From the NCBI GenBank assembly GCA_903825435.1, contig CAIKAP010000199.1, forward strand, positions 1,771 through 65,770: a DNA stretch of 64,000 bases, written 5' to 3'. Below are positions 39,086 to 48,099 of the stretch, one piece after another. Both the position numbers and the translations under genes were made by a program. Origin of the DNA: an uncultured Verrucomicrobiota bacterium. Its GTDB lineage: Bacteria; Verrucomicrobiota; Verrucomicrobiia; Palsa-1439. Below the pieces are notes generated by a model. That model ran no database searches, was not told the origin of the DNA, and saw only the letters and a program-made list of their open reading frames with translations. Position 1 is the first letter of the stretch. Each line of letters starts with the position of its first letter.

Positions 39086-40573
39086 TTACCTTGGATTGAC
39101 GGCCGGAAATTCCATCTTCTGGTAGGTCGGCAGGTAGCGGTAATAGACTTCCAGCATCAATGAGCACAGTGCCGTCGAATAGACTGGCGGGAGGTTGAAC
39201 TCCTTCTCCTTGCTCAGTGATGGCAAATTCCAGTGGCCATCTTCGGTTTGTCGTTGAATTAATACGTCGCGGAACTGATCGTTCCAGTTCTGCCAGTACA
39301 CGCCGCCGGCGTGGAAGAAGGTTTGTGTGAGGTAGTACCACTGGTACACGACCATGCCCAACGGCGCCTCTGTCTTGTCCCACTCGAACCGTAACGACTT
39401 GAGTTTCTCCAGTGTCTCTTTCAGGCGCGGATCGCCGCCGTGGCCGAGAAACATCTGGCTGAGCACGCCGATGGCGGTCGTGCCGGAGGAGCCGCCGGGG
39501 CGAAAGTAGCCGAAGGTGGCGTCGTGGTGCATGTTCCAGAGAAACTGTGACGCGGCGTCGAGCGCGGACTGCGGGACGCTGACGCCCGCCAGTCGCGCGG
39601 CGATCAACGCCTGTACGCACCAGCCAGTAACGGAGGTGTCGGAGTCGTTGGAACCGGCGCTGTAACGCCAGCCGCCGGTGTGAAGAGGGTCAGTCTTCGG
39701 GGTTTGCTGGGCTTGGAGAAGAAAGGTGACGCGTTGTTCGAGTGGCTCACGTAATGACGGGGACCGTGTCATGCCGAAGCCTTCGGCAAGCGCATAGGTT
39801 GCGATAGCTTGCTCGTACATGTTGAGGTTTGGGTTGAATGTGGAGGTCAGAAACTTGAGCGCCTTCGTCAATGTTGTGCCGAACTCCTCCGAGTCTGGCG
39901 TCTCCCCGTGACCGAGGAGCGCGAGCGTTGCCAGCGCGGAGATGCCCAGCCGGTGCGGTCCGTAACTCCAGGCGCCATCGGCTTGCTGTTGGGCCTTGAG
40001 CCAGCGTAACGCAGCGACGACGGCGTGTTCGGAGTTTTTACCGCCACAGTGCTCGCGCATCGGGCTAGAGCGCTGGCTGAAACCGTTGGTGCCGACGGAG
40101 CCGGTTCCAAAAGGGCTGGTACCGTCGCCCCAGAGCGGTGTGCCGAGGCTGCCGGGAATTCCTTCGGGCAGGACTTTGCCGTTGAAAGTTTTACCGACTT
40201 TGAGGCCGATGATTTCGCCGATGGGCTGGTTGGCGCGACGCGTGTCGGGTGAAAGGACAACGGCTTTGTACTCTGGAGGCGGGAGCAGCCCGCCGCCACT
40301 GCCGCCGCCGGCGTACTCGTAATCATGCAACGGACGGAACGGGTCGAGCGTTTTTGTGGGCGGAAGAAGAATGTCCTCAAAGATGGCGGTGATGGTGGGG
40401 ACGGTGACGGTGGTTTTGATGGTGGTGAGGACGAGCAGGAGCGCGCCGTGGAAAATCGCGGCGATAACAAGAAATCGTGCCCATCGGAATGGCGGCGTTT
40501 GCTCCGGTACAAGCGCGGGCAAACGCACTCGCGGCAGCCGTATGGGTCTGTCAGTCAGGTGTTTCGGTTGCAT
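39086..40573 (-). CDS. Membrane-anchored prenyltransferase/squalene-oxidase-repeat (terpenoid cyclase fold) protein
   Basis: N-terminal TM segment, then repeats ALRWLKAQQQADGAWSYG, TGGWRYS and RQTEDGHWNL. The A of its ATG at 40573 is shared with the A of the lpdA stop codon. Confidence 0.7.
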   Translation of the reverse strand: MQPKHLTDRPIRLPRVRLPALVPEQTPPFRWARFLVIAAIFHGALLLVLTTIKTTVTVPTITAIFEDILLPPTKTLDPFRPLHDYEYAGGGSGGGLLPPPEYKAVVLSPDTRRANQPIGEIIGLKVGKTFNGKVLPEGIPGSLGTPLWGDGTSPFGTGSVGTNGFSQRSSPMREHCGGKNSEHAVVAALRWLKAQQQADGAWSYGPHRLGISALATLALLGHGETPDSEEFGTTLTKALKFLTSTFNPNLNMYEQAIATYALAEGFGMTRSPSLREPLEQRVTFLLQAQQTPKTDPLHTGGWRYSAGSNDSDTSVTGWCVQALIAARLAGVSVPQSALDAASQFLWNMHHDATFGYFRPGGSSGTTAIGVLSQMFLGHGGDPRLKETLEKLKSLRFEWDKTEAPLGMVVYQWYYLTQTFFHAGGVYWQNWNDQFRDVLIQRQTEDGHWNLPSLSKEKEFNLPPVYSTALCSLMLEVYYRYLPTYQKMEFPAVNPR

Positions 40574-42039
40574 CAATGGCGTACAGTGTACGCATCGTGT
40601 GGTGTGCCGACAAGTGCGCCCGCAGTCCATTTTGCCCTGACTGTTGTGTGCGTCGCGCAGCCGTAGAAGACCTCAGCACACTCTTGCAATGTCTCTGACA
40701 GTGTCGGATGCGGATGGATCGACTCGGCGAGGTCTCGCGCGGTCGCGCCCATCTCAACGGCTAGCACACCCTCCGCAATTAACTCAGCCGCACCATGGCC
40801 GGTGATGCCGACGCCGAGCACGCGCTCGCTCTCCGGCTCGATGATGAGCTTGGTCACGCCGTCAGTGCGGTCAAACGTCAACGCGCGACCCGACGCGCTC
40901 CACGGGAACTTCGCCACTTGGACGGCGATGCCTTTTTGTTTCGCATCGGTCTCGGTCAGGCCGCACCAAGCGATTTCCGGATCCGTGAACACCACGGCGG
41001 GAATGACCAGATCTTCCGACGTGCTCGGTTCGCCGCAAATTACATCCACCGCCACACGCGCCTCGCGCGACGCCTTGTGCGCCAGCATCGCGCCGCCCAC
41101 CACGTCGCCGATGGCGCAGATCAACGGGTCAGAAGTTTTTTGCTGCGCGTCTACTTCGATGTAGCCTTTGTCGTCGCGCGTCACCTGCGTATTCTCCAAG
41201 CCGAGGTCCATCGTGTTCGGCACGCGGCCGACCGATACCAACACACGGTCGTATAACTCTTCGCGCTGTTGACCTCCAGTCTCCGAGATCACCTTGATCT
41301 GCTTACCGGCGGTACTCATCTTCAACACCTTCGTGCTGACGCGGACCTCCTTGAACGCCTTCTGCGTGTACTTCAACACCGGCCGCGCCAAGTCGCTGTC
41401 CGCGCCTGCCAGCACGACGGGTAACGCCTCGATCACCGTCACGCGGCTGCCGAGCGTGGCGTACACCGTGCCGAGTTCCATGCCGATGTAACCGCCGCCG
41501 ATGATGAGCAACTCCTGCGGAATCTCCTCGACCTCCAATGCCTCCGTCGAAGTCATGATCTGCGGATTGCCGAGGTCAAACGCCTTCGGCATCGCCGGCT
41601 TGGAGCCAACCGCCACGATGACGTGGTCGTAGTTCAGAAACTTCTGGCCCGCGCTCGTCTCGACCCGCAACGTCTTCGAGTCCTCGAAGTGGCCACGTCT
41701 GTGCATCACCTCGACGCCGCGCGTCCGCGCCAAACCGGTGATGCCCTGGCCGAGTTTCTCCAAAATCGAATTCTTCCACGCGCGGAGCTGGTTCAAATCA
41801 ATCTTCGGTTCCGCAAACGTGATTCCGCGATGCACCGACTCGCGCGCCTCCGCCAGAAACTTCGACGCGTGCAGGTACGCTTTCGATGGGATGCAACCGC
41901 GATTCAAACAGACGCCGCCCAGCTGTGCATCCTGTTCGACGAGCACGACCTTGCGCCCCTTGTCCGCCGCATAGAACGCCGCCGCATAACCGCCGGGACC
42001 GCCACCGAGCACGACGATGTCAGTCTTGATCTGGTCCAT
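40573..42039 (-). CDS. lpdA: Dihydrolipoyl dehydrogenase (E3)
   Basis: FAD motif VLGGGPGGYAAAFYAA, redox disulfide GGVCLNRGCIPSK, C-terminal HPHPTLSE. Confidence 0.92.
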   Translation of the reverse strand: MDQIKTDIVVLGGGPGGYAAAFYAADKGRKVVLVEQDAQLGGVCLNRGCIPSKAYLHASKFLAEARESVHRGITFAEPKIDLNQLRAWKNSILEKLGQGITGLARTRGVEVMHRRGHFEDSKTLRVETSAGQKFLNYDHVIVAVGSKPAMPKAFDLGNPQIMTSTEALEVEEIPQELLIIGGGYIGMELGTVYATLGSRVTVIEALPVVLAGADSDLARPVLKYTQKAFKEVRVSTKVLKMSTAGKQIKVISETGGQQREELYDRVLVSVGRVPNTMDLGLENTQVTRDDKGYIEVDAQQKTSDPLICAIGDVVGGAMLAHKASREARVAVDVICGEPSTSEDLVIPAVVFTDPEIAWCGLTETDAKQKGIAVQVAKFPWSASGRALTFDRTDGVTKLIIEPESERVLGVGITGHGAAELIAEGVLAVEMGATARDLAESIHPHPTLSETLQECAEVFYGCATHTTVRAKWTAGALVGTPHDAYTVRH

Positions 42040-42041
42040 GA

Positions 42042-43256
42042 CTAGACGCGCGCCTCCGCTTCGGGGAAGTTCTCAAACGCCGCCACGAGGTCCACGATGA
42101 ACCGCGCCGCGCTGCCGCCGTCAATCGCGCGGTGGTCGTACGACAACGCCAGCGGCAACATCAACCGCGCCACGACCTGCCCGTCGCGCACGACCGGCTT
42201 CAGCGCGCCGCGCGCCATGCCGAGGATGGCGACTTGCGGCACGTTGACGATTGGCGTGAACGCGCCACCGCCGATGCCGCCCTGGTTGGAAATCGTGAAC
42301 GAGCCGCCTTTCATCTCGTCGGCGCCGAGCTTCCGGTCGCGCGCCTTCGCGGCGATCAACTCCAACTCTTTCGACAATTCCAGTAGGCTCTTCTTGCCGA
42401 CATCGCGAATGACCGGCACGATCAATCCGTGCTCGGTGTCCACCGCGATACCGATGTGGACGTACTCCTTCAACACGATCTCGCCCGCCGCCTCGTCGAG
42501 GCTGGCGTTAAACAACGGATGTTTCCGCAACGTCGCCGCCACCGCCTTCAACGCAAACCCGGTCAACGTCAGCCGCGCACCTTTCGCCTCGTAAGCCGTC
42601 GCATATTTTTTCCGCAGCTCGTTGAGCGCGGTGATGTCGGCTTCGTCGAACTGCGTCACACGCGGCACCGCTGTCCACGACTCGCCCATTCGCCGTGCAA
42701 TCGTCTGGCGCAACGCCGACAACGGTTTGTGAACCACCGGTCCCCACTGCGCGAAGTCAACGCGCTCCGTCGTCGCCGCCGGTTTGGCCGGGGCGGCTTG
42801 CGGCGCGAACGCCATCTGTTGAAGCTGCTGGATGTACGCACGCAAGTCGGCGACACCGATCCGACCGCCGTCTTCGGAGCCGCGGATGCGGTTGAGGTCG
42901 ATGCCGAGTTCACGCGCTAGCCGACGCACTGTCGGCGAGGCTGCTACCGGCAAGCCGGGGACGTGATGCGGTGTGGCGACCACCGTCACGGCGACGGGGG
43001 CAACCGGCGCAGGCGCAACGGCCTCTGCACCGGCCAACGTGAGAATCACCTGCCCGACAGAAAGTTTGTCGCCGACCTTGACGCGGATGCCTTGCACCGT
43101 GCCGTCAACGGGTGACGGGATGGTGCCGACGGCTTTCTCGGTTTCGAGTTCGAGGATGGGTTGGTCCTTCTGGACAGCGTCGCCTTCCTTGACGAGAAGG
43201 TTCACCACCACGCCGCTGTCGGCGCCTTCACCGAGACTGGGGAGTCGTATATCCAT
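42042..43256 (-). CDS. aceF: Dihydrolipoamide acetyltransferase (E2) of the pyruvate dehydrogenase complex, single lipoyl domain
   Basis: Lipoyl-lysine motif LELETEKA, subunit-binding domain ASPTVRRLARELGIDL, catalytic motif LSYDHRAIDGG. Confidence 0.9.
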   Translation of the reverse strand: MDIRLPSLGEGADSGVVVNLLVKEGDAVQKDQPILELETEKAVGTIPSPVDGTVQGIRVKVGDKLSVGQVILTLAGAEAVAPAPVAPVAVTVVATPHHVPGLPVAASPTVRRLARELGIDLNRIRGSEDGGRIGVADLRAYIQQLQQMAFAPQAAPAKPAATTERVDFAQWGPVVHKPLSALRQTIARRMGESWTAVPRVTQFDEADITALNELRKKYATAYEAKGARLTLTGFALKAVAATLRKHPLFNASLDEAAGEIVLKEYVHIGIAVDTEHGLIVPVIRDVGKKSLLELSKELELIAAKARDRKLGADEMKGGSFTISNQGGIGGGAFTPIVNVPQVAILGMARGALKPVVRDGQVVARLMLPLALSYDHRAIDGGSAARFIVDLVAAFENFPEAEARV

Positions 43257-43345
43257 ACGGGCGCTAATCTGCCCCGGTTCGCCGTAAAGGCAAGCGGCGA
43301 TTTCTGGCGCGACTCCGGCGTGTTATTGTGTTACATCTTCCAATC

Positions 43346-44230
43346 ATGAAACGCATCCTTCTCGCCCTTGCCACTCTCGTCCTCGTCGTAACCGTTGTCG
43401 TGGCCCAGCGCAAAACCCCGCCGCCGTTGCCAGCTGGCGTCGCCGCACACCGTAACGTCGAGTACGTCGCGGGCGGCGGCAAATCGCAGTCGCTGGATTT
43501 GTTTGTGCCGGAGAAGACCGTGGCCGCGTTGCCGGTCGTCGTCTGGATTCACGGCGGTGCGTGGTGGGCGGGCAGCAAGGAAGGTTGTCCAGCGATGCCA
43601 CTACTGTCAAAAGGTTACGCCGTCGCCAGCCTGAACTACCGTCTCAGCCAGGAAGCGCCGTGGCCCGCGCAGATTGACGACTGCAAGGCCGCTATCCGTT
43701 GGCTTCGTGCCCACGCCAAGGAATACAACCTCGACCCCGCTCGCATCGGCGTCTGGGGCGGCTCGGCTGGTGGACATCTCGTCGCGATGCTTGGCGTCAC
43801 CGGCGACAAGGACAGCAGCGTACAGGCCGTGTGCGATTGTAGTGGCCCCATCGACTTTACGACATTCGATCTTAAACTCCCCAACCAGAACAACCAAATC
43901 ACTTCACCTGTTGTACAACTCCTTGGCGGTGCCGATGCAGTCACGAAGGAGAAACTCGTACGAGCGAGCCCCATCACTTATGTCAGCGCCAAAGCAGCGC
44001 CGTTCCTGATCATGCACGGTGACAAAGATCCACTCGTTGCGCTCAGCCAGAGCGAGAAGTTGAACGCCGCCTTGGAAAAGGCGGGCGCGGACACCAAACT
44101 CGTCATCGTCACCGGTGCCGGACACAGTTTCGGCGGCCCCGACATCCTGAAGCAGATTCAGGAGTTCTTCGACAAACACCTCAAACGATCATCGGGAAAC
44201 TTTTCTCCGGGTCAACGCCGAGGTCTTTGA
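43346..44230 (+). CDS. Secreted alpha/beta hydrolase (esterase/lipase, HGGG-type)
   Basis: Signal peptide, VVWIHGGAWWAGSK, nucleophile elbow VWGGSAGGHLVA, HGDKDPLV. The 3' end overlaps the convergent aceE by 50 nt. Confidence 0.75.
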   Translation: MKRILLALATLVLVVTVVVAQRKTPPPLPAGVAAHRNVEYVAGGGKSQSLDLFVPEKTVAALPVVVWIHGGAWWAGSKEGCPAMPLLSKGYAVASLNYRLSQEAPWPAQIDDCKAAIRWLRAHAKEYNLDPARIGVWGGSAGGHLVAMLGVTGDKDSSVQAVCDCSGPIDFTTFDLKLPNQNNQITSPVVQLLGGADAVTKEKLVRASPITYVSAKAAPFLIMHGDKDPLVALSQSEKLNAALEKAGADTKLVIVTGAGHSFGGPDILKQIQEFFDKHLKRSSGNFSPGQRRGL

Positions 44231-46658
44231 TCGCTTGCGCGGCGAGTTTTTTGTCGAGCGCGCCGAGCGTCGCGATGACCACGCTCTCGGCGTCAATCTC
44301 GAAAAACCGTCGCAACGCGGCGCGCGTGTCGCTGCGACCGTAGCCGTCGGTGCCGAGCGTCGTCAGGCCGCCGGGAATCCAGGGCGCGATTTGGTCGGGC
44401 ACGGTTTTGATGTTGTCGCTGACGGCGATGAACGGGCCGGTTTCTTTTTCGAACGCGGTTTCGAGGTAGGATTTGCGCGGCGGTTCGGCCGGGTGAAGCA
44501 TGTTCCAGCGGCGAGCGGCGAGCGCGTCGGTGCGGAGCTGTTTGTAATTTGTCACGCTCCAGACATCGGCGGCGACATCGTAGCGGTCGGCGAGAATTTC
44601 CTGCGCGCGCAACGCCTCGCGCAAAATCGGGCCGCTGCCGAGGAGTTGGGCTTTGTATTTTTTCTGGCCGGAACATTTCCGGAACATGTAGAGACCTTTG
44701 AGGATTCCTTCCTCGACGCCGTCGGGCATCGGCGGCATGGCGTAATTTTCGTTTTGTAACGCGAGATAATAAAAAATGTCTTCGTCGTTTTCGTACATTC
44801 GGCGGATTCCTTCGCGGATGATGACGGCGATTTCGTAGCCGAATGCCGGTTCGTAGGCGAGCAATGTCGGTACGGTGCTCGCGAGCAGCAGGCTGTGGCC
44901 GTCTTGATGTTGCAAGCCTTCGCCGTTGAGCGCGGTGCGGCCCGCGGTCGCGCCGCAGAGAAAACCGCGCGCGCGGATGTCGCCCGCGAGCCAGAAAAGA
45001 TCGCCGACGCGTTGGAGGCCGAACATTGAGTAATAAATAAAAAACGGAATCATCGGCGTGCCGTGGCTGGCGTACGCGGTGGCGGCGGTGATCCACGAAC
45101 TCATTCCGCCCGCCTCGGTGATGCCTTCCTCCAAAATCTGTCCGTCTTTCGTCTCGCGATAATAAAGCAACGACGCGCGGTCGACCGGCTCGTAGAGCTG
45201 GCCTTTGCAGGCGTAGATGCCGTAGTCGCGGAACAGCGCGTCGAGTCCGAACGTGCGCGCTTCGTCGGGGATGATCGGCACGATGCGGCGGCCAATCTGT
45301 TTGTCGCGGAGCAATTGCGTGAGCAGCCGCACGAACGCCATCGTCGTTGACATCTCCAGTTTACCGCTGCCCTTCAACACCTCGTCGAAACATTCGCGCG
45401 GCGGCGTCTGTAATTTTGGCGCGGTGACGCGGCGTTGCGGCAAAAATCCTCCGAGCGATTTGCGGCGGTCGAGTAAATATTTTGTCTCGGCGCTGTCGTC
45501 GCTCGGCCGGTAAAACGGCGACTCGGCGATGACTTCGTCGCTGATCGGAATGCCGAACCGGGCGCGGAACTCGCGCAGTTCTTTTTCGTTCAGCTTTTTT
45601 TGCTGGTGTGTGATGTTACGGCCTTCGCCGGCTTCGCCGAGGCCGTAACCTTTCACTGTTTTCGCGAGGATGACGGTCGGCTGGCCTTTGTGTTCGACGG
45701 CGGTTTTGTAGGCGGCGTAAACTTTTTTCGGATCGTGTCCGCCGCGACCGAGATGGTGAATCTGCTCGTCGGTGAGATGATTGACCATGTCGGCGAGTTC
45801 CGGATATTTCCCAAAAAAATGTCGGCGCGTGTAACTGCCGGGCTCGACGACATATTTCTGGTAGTCGCCGTCAACCGCTTCCTCCATCCGCTTGACGAGC
45901 GTGCCGTGTTTGTCGGCGGCGAGCAACGGATCCCATTCCTTGCCCCAGATGACTTTGATGACATTCCAGCCAGCGCCGCGAAACGCCGCTTCGAGTTCCT
46001 GAATGATTTTGCCGTTGCCGCGCACGGGGCCGTCGAGACGCTGGAGGTTGCAATTGACGACCCACGTGAGGTTGTCGAGTTCCTCGCGCGACGCGAGCGT
46101 GAGCGCGCCGAGCGTTTCCGGCTCGTCCACTTCGCCGTCGCCGACAAATGTCCAGACGCGCGGCTCGTTGCCGTCGAGAAATCCGCGAGCCTTGAGGTAG
46201 CGATTGCAGCGCGCCTGATAAATCGAAAGAATCGGGCCGAGTCCCATCGACACGGTCGGAAATTGCCAGAACTCCGGCATCAGGTACGGATGCGGATACG
46301 ACGAAAGCCCGCCGCCGTCGGCGAGTTCGCGGCGAAAATTATGAAGCTGCTTTTCGCTCAACCGGCCTTCGAGAAATGCGCGCGCATAAATACCCGGCGT
46401 CGCGTGGCCTTGAATGAAAATCATGTCGTTTGCGCGAAAGAAATGATTGAAGCCGACTTCGTAAAGCGTCGCGGCGGAAGCGAACGTCGAGATGTGGCCG
46501 CCGATGCCGCTGTGTTCGCGGTTGGCGTTGACGACCATTGCCATCGCGTTCCAGCGGATGTAGCTTTTGATGCGCCGCTCCATTTCGCGGTCGCCCGGAT
46601 ACGACGGCTCGCGGTCGGCGGAGATTGTGTTGATGTAGGGAGTGTTCAGTGAATTCAT
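44181..46658 (-). CDS. aceE: Pyruvate dehydrogenase E1 component (homodimeric type)
   Basis: YINTISADREPSYPGD.., GGHISTFASAATLYEVGFNHFF and an 825-aa transketolase-like layout. It lacks the ~55 N-terminal residues that I recall from E. coli AceE. Confidence 0.92.
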   Translation of the reverse strand: MNSLNTPYINTISADREPSYPGDREMERRIKSYIRWNAMAMVVNANREHSGIGGHISTFASAATLYEVGFNHFFRANDMIFIQGHATPGIYARAFLEGRLSEKQLHNFRRELADGGGLSSYPHPYLMPEFWQFPTVSMGLGPILSIYQARCNRYLKARGFLDGNEPRVWTFVGDGEVDEPETLGALTLASREELDNLTWVVNCNLQRLDGPVRGNGKIIQELEAAFRGAGWNVIKVIWGKEWDPLLAADKHGTLVKRMEEAVDGDYQKYVVEPGSYTRRHFFGKYPELADMVNHLTDEQIHHLGRGGHDPKKVYAAYKTAVEHKGQPTVILAKTVKGYGLGEAGEGRNITHQQKKLNEKELREFRARFGIPISDEVIAESPFYRPSDDSAETKYLLDRRKSLGGFLPQRRVTAPKLQTPPRECFDEVLKGSGKLEMSTTMAFVRLLTQLLRDKQIGRRIVPIIPDEARTFGLDALFRDYGIYACKGQLYEPVDRASLLYYRETKDGQILEEGITEAGGMSSWITAATAYASHGTPMIPFFIYYSMFGLQRVGDLFWLAGDIRARGFLCGATAGRTALNGEGLQHQDGHSLLLASTVPTLLAYEPAFGYEIAVIIREGIRRMYENDEDIFYYLALQNENYAMPPMPDGVEEGILKGLYMFRKCSGQKKYKAQLLGSGPILREALRAQEILADRYDVAADVWSVTNYKQLRTDALAARRWNMLHPAEPPRKSYLETAFEKETGPFIAVSDNIKTVPDQIAPWIPGGLTTLGTDGYGRSDTRAALRRFFEIDAESVVIATLGALDKKLAAQAIKDLGVDPEKSFPMIV

Positions 46659-46722
46659 GCAGTTGCGCGCAACGTTATCCGAAACTGGCCAAAATACAAA
46701 TGCCGGTTATACTAACACCACC

Positions 46723-47442
46723 GTGAAACATCTCGACCTCACGCTGCCAACGCCCGAAGAAAACCTCGCCGCCGACGAGGCGCTGCTCGACCTCTGCGAG
46801 GCGGGCGTCGAACACGAGCTTCTCCGTTTCTGGGAATCTCCGTCGCCGTTTGTCGTGCTCGGCTACTCCAATAAAACCGCGTCCGAAGTTCATCTCGATG
46901 TCTCACAACACGCCGGTGTTCCAATCTTGCGTCGCTGCACCGGCGGCGGCTCGGTCGTGCAAGGTACCGGCTGTCTCAACTTCACTCTCATCCTTCGTAT
47001 ACCCAAAACCGGTCCCCTTGCCGGCGTCACCGAGACCAATCACCATATCCTTCAGCACCACCACTACGCACTTCTACCGATTCTCGGCAATACGCTCGAA
47101 GTCCGCGGCATCAGCGATCTAACGCTGGCTGACCTGAAAATTTCCGGCAACGCCCAACGCCGAAAGAAGAACTGCCTGCTCTTCCACGGCACGTTTTTGC
47201 TCAACTTTGACATCGAACTCATCGAGCGCGTTCTACCGATGCCCTCGCGTGAGCCGGAGTACCGCCGCCACCGCCGCCACCGTGAGTTCCTCACCAACGC
47301 CGATCTGACATGCGCTGCCGTGAAGAACGCGTTGAAGAAGACATGGCAAGCTGCCGAACAACTGTACGTCCTGCCGTTCGACGACATTCGGCGTATCGCT
47401 CGCGAGCGATATGCCTCCGACGACTGGACGTTCAAGTTCTGA
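46723..47442 (+). CDS. Lipoate-protein ligase family protein (BPL/LplA/LipB catalytic domain)
   Basis: Contains RRCTGGGSVVQGTG and the Lys motif LKISGNAQRR. It is divergent from aceE. The GTG at 46723 is preferred because the ATG at 46657 would overlap the aceE start codon. Confidence 0.65.
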   Translation: MKHLDLTLPTPEENLAADEALLDLCEAGVEHELLRFWESPSPFVVLGYSNKTASEVHLDVSQHAGVPILRRCTGGGSVVQGTGCLNFTLILRIPKTGPLAGVTETNHHILQHHHYALLPILGNTLEVRGISDLTLADLKISGNAQRRKKNCLLFHGTFLLNFDIELIERVLPMPSREPEYRRHRRHREFLTNADLTCAAVKNALKKTWQAAEQLYVLPFDDIRRIARERYASDDWTFKF

Positions 47443-47694
47443 CCCGAATGGAAACCCACTTCCTCGTCGCCTACGACAACACCCTACCGAACCGGTGCCC
47501 GACAAAACGCTGATAATGGGTCACGATGGCATCATATAGGATGAAATTTCACCGACAGAACATGGCGTTTCGCACTTGTCCGCCGATGGTGGCAGCGGTA
47601 ACGTGCCGCCCATGAAGCTGGTCCAGAACAAACTCGGCGATCAGTCGCCTTTTTCTATGACGTTAGGTTGTCAAAATATGGCGTCGGCCTCACC

Positions 47695-48027
47695 ATGTCA
47701 AAGAAGCTAATTGCTACTATCGTTTGTTTAGCTGCTGCTGGTGCGTTGGTTTGGTACGTTCCCCGATTTCTTGTATACCGTCAGGCAAGTCGACCTCCCT
47801 GCGCTCAGAATTTGCAACGGATTTGGGACTGTAAGCTGAACTGGCGGATTTCTTATGACAAGACCGAGAAGGACACCCCCACTTGGGACGAGTTGCAGTC
47901 GTATGCAACCGGGTACTTGGGAAAGGGAGGTTTACCTTCTTGTCCCAATGGCGGTACTTACACGTTAGGTCGAGTCGGCGATCCTCCGACCTGTTCAATT
48001 GGTGGGCCAAGGCACTCCCTACAATGA
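47695..48027 (+). CDS. Hypothetical membrane-anchored small protein
   Basis: N-terminal TM segment MSKKLIATIVCLAAAGALVWYV. The Cys-containing C-terminus CPNGGTYTLGRVGDPPTCS is reminiscent of pseudopilin-like tails. Low certainty. Confidence 0.45.
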   Translation: MSKKLIATIVCLAAAGALVWYVPRFLVYRQASRPPCAQNLQRIWDCKLNWRISYDKTEKDTPTWDELQSYATGYLGKGGLPSCPNGGTYTLGRVGDPPTCSIGGPRHSLQ

Positions 48028-48099
48028 TACCTGACAATCCGATGGATGGCGGCATTGCAATCTGGCGGGGATTGGCTACACTGCGCGGCGAGTTTTTCC

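Noticed and set aside
44181-44230. 50-nt convergent overlap of the alpha/beta hydrolase and aceE 3' ends as a regulatory antisense arrangement
   Set aside because: The hydrolase tail (..KRSSGNFSPGQRRGL) looks like non-conserved read-on sequence, so the overlap is probably incidental. Nothing in the sequence supports a specific mechanism.
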